Assembly: GCA_009103225.1 (NCBI GenBank)
Contig: RHPI01002161.1
Span: 199,115-263,114 of the forward strand
DNA length: 64,000 nt
Reading direction: 5' to 3'
Source: Chlorokybus atmophyticus
Taxonomy: Eukaryota; Plantae; Mesostigma and Chlorokybus algae
The position numbers and the translations under genes are program-made. Positions within the stretch are counted from its first letter, which is position 1; every line of letters begins with the position of its first letter. Positions 56,396 to 64,000 of this stretch are shown one piece after another. The notes below the pieces were generated by a model that was given only the letters and a program-made list of their open reading frames with translations, had not been told where the DNA came from and searched no databases.

Positions 56396-56458
56396 GCATG
56401 CGACAGCAGCTGTCGTATGCATGCTAGATCTCGCTTGGCAAGTGAGATCTAGCATGCA
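56396..56458. other. Two overlapping near-perfect inverted repeats (hairpins)
   Basis: GCATGCGACAG-CAG-CTGTCGTATGC (56396-56420) and TGCATGCTAGATCTC-GCTTGGCAAGT-GAGATCTAGCATGCA (56418-56458). Confidence 0.85.
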
Positions 56459-58464
56459 GATCCAGCCTTGGTTGGTTAAGTAACGTTACACAAACAGTTT
56501 GCGTACACAAGGGCCTTATGCGGTACACTTTGTTTATTTTGTTGTTGCGTCCGCACATTGGTGCTCGATCTTGCACATGTGTGCTTGTGCTACTCACTCG
56601 GGTGCGATTACCGCGTCCGCTGCCTGCGTCTTGTAGCACCTCTACACCCTTACGGTGCTCTCGTCATTCACTGTTTGCATGCAAGCTTATCTGGCATGCA
56701 CTTAAGCTGGCAATTGCACTTTGCGAGCTCCGAGCTGAGTTAGTGGTTGCAATGCGAAATCTCCTTTTACTTGGTTTAAGGAAACGATTATATGAAAATA
56801 CGCATGACTGTGTGCATGGCCCCAAGCATCTTTGTCCAAAATCTCGTTAACGTGCAACTCACTCCACAGCATTCAGTCATCACTAAAGGTGCTAGTGTGC
56901 CTGGGTTGCCTCGGTGTGTTTTTTTGTGCGCAGGTCGCACAGCGTTTCAAGAGCCACAAAATGGCTGGGAGCATGCCGAGCAAGGACCGCCAAAGGTTTG
57001 AGGCGAGGGAACTTTGTAATAGCATTGACAGACCTCATTCCGGATTCTTCCTCCGCCTAAGTTGAAAAGTTGGTCGACAACAATCAACTACCTACAGTGC
57101 ACTACTCACCAGTGTCTTTGGCCTTACAGCGAACCCAGCTTTGACAGTGAGGGAAATATGGCTACCACCTTGGGCAACCGCAGTGGCAACAACAGCAGCA
57201 ACGTCAAGAAGTTGATCTTTATTGGAGCAGCAGACTCCATCATGGCATGAGAAACACGATTATGCAGCGACGTCATTACGCGGGGTTGATGTTGCATATG
57301 GCTTACTTACTTTTGCCATTGGCGAGGGGATAGAAAAGACGGCCATGTGTGTGCGTGCATGCCACTTACAGTGTGCGTATGAGTGCGCATCCATACAACT
57401 CTCAGATTCATTTACATAATTGACACCAATTCACATAGCCGTGAATACGACTGCAAGGAAACAGCTTGGTTCAAACTCGTATGTTGATAACATGTGTGCA
57501 ACAGCAACCGCTGAGTATGAGGCTAAAGACACAATTGATTTAAACTTGTAGTTAACGTTTGGTAACTTGCGTGTAGTTAAAAATGCACACTGCGTCAAGC
57601 TAACATTATCAAGTTGCAGTGCAGCATAACAAAATGCATTGCTTGCTCAGTGTCATATACAAATTGTTGACCTGAAAAATAATGAACCATGTTCTTTACT
57701 TCAAGACGTCATGTGCAAGTATTGAAATCTTAACCAAGTTGCAAACCTAGCACACGCTTTTGTTTGGACTAAGCATGTGCTGACATTGTGTCACTATTTT
57801 TTATGATGATCAAAAGAAACAGATCGATAAGAAATTACAAGCTCTTTTAGGAGCTTATTAACCAAGCAATTGTGCTTTATACAATGTATGTGTGTGTTTT
57901 TATGGTAATGTCATCGTACAAACTTGCCTGTAAGCCGGTACAGATGCTTCACAAAACAAATGACTTTAATATTACGTAAGTTGCATGCATGCATGATAAG
58001 CATGCACCGATTATTTACTCAAGAAAGGATCCTCAACAAGTTTATGCTATTAAACTTTCCTTTACGCAATACAAACATTCTACACATGACGAGAAGAGTG
58101 CGAATTACCTTTAACAACCCTCGTTCTTGTTCCCATTCTTATTATGCTCTGCTCCCCTTGAATGTCACGACATGCACTTGCCTTGATTTAACATGCAGCA
58201 GTATCACCTTTATGCATGCCGAATGTGCAAGAAAATGGCAATGCCGAGTATATATAGGTATTTCTACGCGGGTGCTTGTGTCAGCAAGAGATTCCGCCTT
58301 CTCCTTGAATCTCTCTGACACAGGAATCAGTGTCGAGGGATTCCTCCTCCGCCAGTCCAATAAGAAGGAAGCACGCCGCTGCGCTCTGAAGTACAAACGC
58401 AGCGCACACACACACGCAGAGACGGAGAGAGAAAGAGAGAGAGAGAGACTTTGCCCACATCGTG

Positions 58465-60675
58465 ATGGGCACGGATGAAGGGGCGGAGGGGTGCAGCAAC
58501 AGCGTTGTCGTTGTCGTTGACAACAACAACGACACAAACAACAACGACATGCTGACAACGCACGACCATCTCAGCAGCGCCAGCCAACCCCAGGCGCCTG
58601 CAGGTGACAACAGCGACAACATCTACGCTGGCCAGGCCGCCGCTTCCAGCGGGAAGGACGAGGGCGAAGACACTAGTGAGAGCAAGCACAAGGTGGGACT
58701 GCATATGCACAGCTGCAGCATAATTGCACGCACAGCCACCCACGCACCCACCCACCCACATGCCTGCAGGCACAATCGTTGCAGCAGACAGTGCATTGCA
58801 CGACCTATGCCTTGCTGAGCCTCCTGTCATGTGGCTGACAGAAGCCGTTTTTTGGTAATATTGTGGTCATAACACAGTCCCAAGTTGACATTGCAATCTT
58901 CCACAAGTTTGTCATAGGGTGAACCAATTGTTAAAGCAAAGAATCTTGCTACATGTATGCATTTGTCATGGGGAATTGCATTTTCTCAAGTGGTGACTTG
59001 GTACTGCCATGCTGACTGCAATTGAATTCAGCTGCATGCGAAGTCAATGCTCAAAGCGTGCTGAGCTCTGACACCCACACCCACCCACACACACATGCGT
59101 GCAGGCCAACTCCCTCCCTTGCCGCATATGCCTTGGTGTGGATCTTGAAGGGTGCGCACCCGCCTCGCTGATGCCGCACGCCGCGATTCAGTCCCTGCAG
59201 GTAAGTGAAGAGCTGTTGTTGTTGTTGTTGTTGCCAAGTGGATGTGTACACGACAAACATTCGCACACGCACATGCACACATACAGGAGGAAGGGCTGGA
59301 CCTGCGTCACTTCATGGCGTGCGGGCCGCACTGCGCCAAGCGAGCGGACGAGTGCGCTACAAGCCCTACACAGCTGAGGTGAGTAGTGTGTGTGCGTGAG
59401 TGTGTGAGTGCATATGGCACTGGGAGGCAGAATTGCTTGTGTGCTTGCATGCAGTACATGTACGCACACGTGCAGCCCTGGTGTGTGCGTACACTCCAAG
59501 GCTGGCGCACGTGCATGCATGTGTGTCCCTTGTTCATTGCAAGCGCACATATACGCACACATGTGTACTTGTGTTCACATGCATACACACAGGTGCGGTT
59601 GCCGTGGCGGCATGGCGGTTGCTCACTACGTGTGCGCGCTGGGCTGGCTCGCCAAGCGGAAGACACACAAGTGCGAGATATGTGGACAGATAGTTGCCAG
59701 CATCCGCGCAGCCGATATAACGCTGTTCGCTTCAGCAAGCAAGAGTGGGAGTAACCACAACATTGCACCCAACACTAGTCATCACAACCAGCTGCCTCCC
59801 GTCGCAGAAGAAGCCATCCACCTTGATGTCATCAACAACAACCATGCTCAACCGCATCCTGCGGCATACAGGTGCTGGTTGTAGTGTGGTGTGGGTGTGG
59901 ATGGGTGTATACATGTGCGCGTGCGTGTGTGTGTATGTAATATGCCCATTTTGCAGTCTTCGCTCCCACAGTGATTGAATAGACTTTCCCCAAATGCAGC
60001 CTGAAAGCTTTTGGTATACGCGCCCGGGAGTTGGCCTTGCCCTGCATCCTCTTCATTTTGTATGAGGGCGGGTTGTTCACTGTAGCTGGATGGCTCCTCA
60101 GATGCTGGTCATCGGTAAGCAGCTGCATGTGGGGGTTGCAACCACATGCACGAGCACATATGCTCGCACGCTTGCCAACGTGCATAGCCCAGCATGATGC
60201 AGAGAGACCAACTGCATGTACACTTGCTTACTGAGATTATTGTTTCGGCAGTTGCATGAGCCCAAGAAGGCTATCATCGTCGCGGCGTCCCTGCTTGGCC
60301 TGCACATCATCTGCCTCTGCATCATTCTGGTGGGTGCATGCTAGCATCCATCTTTTATGGGCGTTTTCTTTCATCTCAATGCCAGCACAACGCACTACAT
60401 CTGTATGCACGTATCCATACAATTCTTATGTAAACATGCGTGCGTGCTCAAGCCCCTTCTATCTGTCCTCCATCCAGATTGCAGCCATGGCACACAAGTA
60501 CTTCCCCTACATACGCAACAATAAGTACAAGGTGGGACTTGTGTGGTGCCTCACGCCCCTGTGCCTAGCGGGCCTGCTGTTACTATTCGCGCCTAGCGGC
60601 AAATACTGCGGGCCTAAACCGGGGTCGCCACCGAGTAGTAGCAGTAACGACGCCGCATTTATGCTTATGTTTTGA
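58465..60675 (+). CDS. RING-CH (RINGv/MARCH-like) membrane E3 ligase, copy B (7 exons, 3 TM segments)
   Basis: Same exon structure as copy A: MGTDEGAEG...SKHK|ANSLPCRIC...LQ|EEGLDLRHFM...LR|CGCRGGMAVAHYVCALGWLAKRKTHKCEIC...|SLKAFG...|LHEPKKAII...|IAAMAHKYFP...MF*. Confidence 0.82.
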
Positions 60676-61231
60676 GCTTCTGATGAGAGGAATGCTGTGA
60701 TAGATTTCATTCTCCATTTGAGAGAGCTGAAGGTTGGTAGTTCATTCATTCCAAGTTGCTGTTACCATTTATTAGGTATGCTCTTTAAGGTGATTGTATT
60801 GCATCCGTTATCCGTTATTGCATCCCTTGTATATTTCGGTTTATTCTTTCTTGATGTATATATCTAGAGTCATTTGCATAAGCTACCACGTATGCTAGAT
60901 AATTCTGGTGTAAACACTACAGTTGCTGCAGTGTCTTGCTGACCCAGACACACGCATACGCAGATGCTGGTTTTGGCCCTACTAACTGCAATGGTGGTAC
61001 CTGTCGTATGTAGATGTGTTGGAGGGCTTCACTTCTGTGTTACCAACAAAATGGTGATGAAGTCGCACATGCTGCGTCTTTCCCACAACACGCAGTGCAC
61101 TTGCCTTTCTTACCCTCTGCATGGGAAGAACTCAAGTAAGGCCACATGCAAGGCACAGAACAGCACTACACCAGCCACAAACACACACGCCTCATGGAGA
61201 CATAGATTGCCACCTCTAAATCCAACACCAT

Positions 61232-61262
61232 GACAACAACAACAACAACAACAACAACAACC
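61232..61262. repeat. (ACA)n trinucleotide microsatellite
   Basis: Directly visible. Confidence 0.9.
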
Positions 61263-62474
61263 AAATACTACAATATTCACACCACTGCGGCAGCGGTCAA
61301 AGGACGCCATTGTCATCACACGAACGGCCGGGCCTCAGCTAGGCTATGTGCATCCGAGTCGCGAGTAACGAGAACGCGTAAATCAGGCATTGGCATCACG
61401 CCTGAAGGGGAAAGCTCAGATAGCAAAGCTGGGCTACAAGTAGCGTGTCTTCTTGCCTTATTCCGCCACGCATGTGTTTGCGAGTGCATTGTGTGTTGCA
61501 ACAACTTGAACATTCACACCTGCACACTGCTGCAGCGCTAGGGGTTGAGTTGCCTTCTTCATTCTTCATTCTTTTACTCATAAACCGCTGACAGTAGATA
61601 ACTATCAAGACAGTTAGAGCATGTTAAATACGAAATTGTATTGTATAACGAGTTTATGGATAGTGTACGAAAGCATCCATTACATTGCGACACTATCTCC
61701 TTCAGCGAAAAGAATTCTTCTCCTACAACATGACTGCCTCAACCTTGTGCGTTTTTGTTAGGGGGCACCCTGCATACCATGCAACATATTGCATGACATA
61801 ATGTGCTCAGTGACTTCTTCTGCTAAATAGGCAGGGAAGAAATAGTTGTACTACTGTGAACTTGACGGCTCCACACCATCCATAATGATGACGCCTAGCT
61901 GTGTTCAGCACTTAAAGATGCTACAAGCCTTTTTGTTACCAGCAATGCATTGCTTCATGCATAGGCCTATCAGTCGGCACGGTAGGAATGTAATGATGTC
62001 GACTCATTATGAATGACTTAATTGTTTGCATCAACAATTACATGGATGAGCCTCATTTGCACTAACGGGTCAAGGTTCTATGCTCCGGGCATGGATGCGT
62101 TTACATTGCGCACAGCCAACGCCAGTGCCATTTGACTAATGCAACCGCTCAAAACCCTTGCAAGGGAACGCCTAATGCTTCACGTAAACAATCGCTCTTA
62201 CAATTATCATCAAGATGTGTAGCGTCTTTCACGCACTGTGCATGAATGCGTCGCCGTTGCATGCAGAACTAAATGCTAGCGGCAAGCAATATGGACTGCG
62301 TGTCACATGCGATTTATGATTCATAAGTAGCCATTGAACGATCAATGCAAACACATGCAACCGCGGGTTGTTGATTGGATACTGATTAATTCAAGACTAG
62401 ATGATATGTGCATGGTACGCGGGAGCCTCTTTTGTGTCATATAATGTATGGTGCGCGTGTGTGTGGTGGTTACA

Positions 62475-62563
<89 letters not shown>
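62475..62563. repeat. Poly-G run of about 89 nt
   Basis: Directly visible; length may be a sequencing artefact. Confidence 0.85.
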
Positions 62564-63728
62564 CGTGTGCGTGTGTGCGCATATAATGCTTTTTATTTCA
62601 TGAACGCCCTGCATGCAACCAACAAACCAATGAGGTTAATCAAGGGAGGGTTTGCGGCGTTAATTACTAACCTTTATATAATGAGGATGTAACGTACGTG
62701 CTGATATGTATGTTACGTAATTCATGTATGCAGGTGTTTACTTCGCATGATATCTTGTGCATGCTATACAACGCAGTCATATAATTAACTAACCAACAAT
62801 GCCAATTGCATGCATGTCAATAACACATCGCATGACTATCATTCGTGCTACTAACATGAGAGCAAACTGTTCTCACACACCAATGAGTGACCCCGCCAAG
62901 AGCACGAGATAGCACACGATAGACAATATGCTTCTATTGAGGTTAGACAACATCACATCATACAGCCGCCTACCTAGCTTGGTTGCACGGTAAACCTTTC
63001 ACCCTCCTCAACAAGCGATCTTACTCAATAAGGACATGCTGCATATGGTAAGACAGAGGAGCGGCGGGTGACGGACGTGACAGACATATGCGTATGCGTC
63101 GTGCTGCACGTACCACCTTTGGTAAGATAAGTGGAAAATGGCTATTGTAGGACATGCCTGGTGCATGCACCGTTGAACGAACTCGCCTGTCTAAACGAAC
63201 GATGCAACATGTCTCTCTAGCCTAGGTGTGTGGAGACAGATGCACACACTCAATGCAAATGCTGCCTAAGGGGGGGTGTCACCAAGCCAGCATCATCTGA
63301 CGCTTGTTGGGAAAAGGACAAAATTTTTACCATGCTTGTGTGTGGTTATGAGTTGACAGTTTCCCACCCACACGGACATTGTGTAGCGTAGCCTACAGTC
63401 AAAGGAATCCAGCGTGTGCAGTAGGCTGCACACAAAGAGAAAGGTTTACTGGAATGAGCATCATATACCCTTACGCTGGACATGTACATATAAGGCAAGT
63501 GGGTGGGGGCCCCACATGTGTTATGCATGCCAAAGCACTTCCGGTTATCGACATATGAGTTATTGCCGAAAACAGGCACGGTGCATGTGCGTGTCTTTAC
63601 CGTTACCCCCACACAAAGGTTGTGTTGTTGCACAAGGGGCAACACGTGCTTCCAAACTACGTGTGTGCAGGCGTAGTGGTGATTTTGTCGTTACCATATT
63701 TAGCGGCCCAGACTAGCGCTGCCCACAC

Positions 63729-63735
63729 TATATAA
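63729..63735 (+). promoter_or_regulatory. TATA box (TATATAA)
   Basis: About 100 nt upstream of ATG 63836, followed by a CT-rich leader. Confidence 0.55.
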
Positions 63736-63835
63736 GCTCCCATCTCACCGCTCCAAATAGAACCTCGTAGTCTCTTCTCTTCTTCTTCTCCCACATTCTC
63801 TCCCACACTCTCACACCCTTTGTCTCCAACCAACA

Positions 63836-63950
63836 ATGGCTGCCATGCGCTCTCTCCTCCTTCTCCTTGTTGTTGCGGCTGTCGCCAACGTGAGCGCCAC
63901 TGTATCCCTCACACCCGGGAGCCACCCGGCTTCACAGGCAGCCACTCTAG
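63836..63950 (+). CDS. First exon of a secreted protein (gene continues beyond the window)
   Basis: caacaATG context; MAAMRSLLLLLVVAAVANVSA is a classical signal peptide; donor CTAG|gtgggt, then an intronic (GT)n run to the window end. Confidence 0.65.
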
Positions 63951-63956
63951 GTGGGT

Positions 63957-63959
<3 letters not shown>

Positions 63960-64000
<41 letters not shown>
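63960..64000. repeat. (GT)n microsatellite
   Basis: Directly visible. Confidence 0.95.

Noticed and set aside
56930-57360. Coding-looking stretch (possible pseudogene)
   Set aside because: Stops occur in the frames I read, and no family was recognisable.
61230-61541. 103-aa ORF starting with poly-Thr
   Set aside because: Driven by the (ACA)n microsatellite; no domain or splice support.
62342-62692. Poly-Pro/poly-Gly ORFs over the poly-G run
   Set aside because: These are translations of a homopolymer in AT-rich intergenic DNA; long G runs are a known sequencing/assembly artefact.

Overview
Eukaryotic nuclear DNA from a green-lineage organism, probably a flagellated alga (inferred from plastid-targeted MDH, a ClpF-like gene and a branching enzyme alongside ciliary/centriolar KIF6 and TEDC1). 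It is gene-dense, with many 70-300 nt spliceosomal introns and the standard genetic code, so most ORF-track entries are exon fragments or antisense noise. Genes reconstructed by hand, in order: KIF6/kinesin-9 (+), TEDC1-like (-), a Zn-dependent HAE/PCxxC deaminase (+), tRNA-Ile(AAT) (-), DONSON (-), mitochondrial EF-G (+), a small Gly/Ala-rich hydrophilic protein (-), a rolling-stone-like membrane protein (+), a hypothetical protein (+), eIF4A-III (-), a PPR-like protein (+), a GYQQ-repeat protein (-), a ClpF-like UVR+YccV protein (+), a bacterial-type GlgB branching enzyme with a C-terminal CBM48 (-), an ER thioredoxin with CxxA and RDEL (+), plastid NAD-MDH (-), two head-to-head RING-CH/3TM paralogs, and the first exon of a secreted protein. 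Most interesting: (1) the deaminase's middle exon does not join its catalytic halves via the most obvious splice sites (in-frame TAA plus an overlapping open +1 frame), suggesting recoding, unusual splicing or a recent nonsense change; (2) the GlgB-CBM48 fusion; (3) four GC-AG introns in KIF6; (4) an inverted RING-CH duplication enclosing a base-identical 577-bp copy of the GlgB gene and a double hairpin. Exon boundaries were read by eye and are not transcript-verified.
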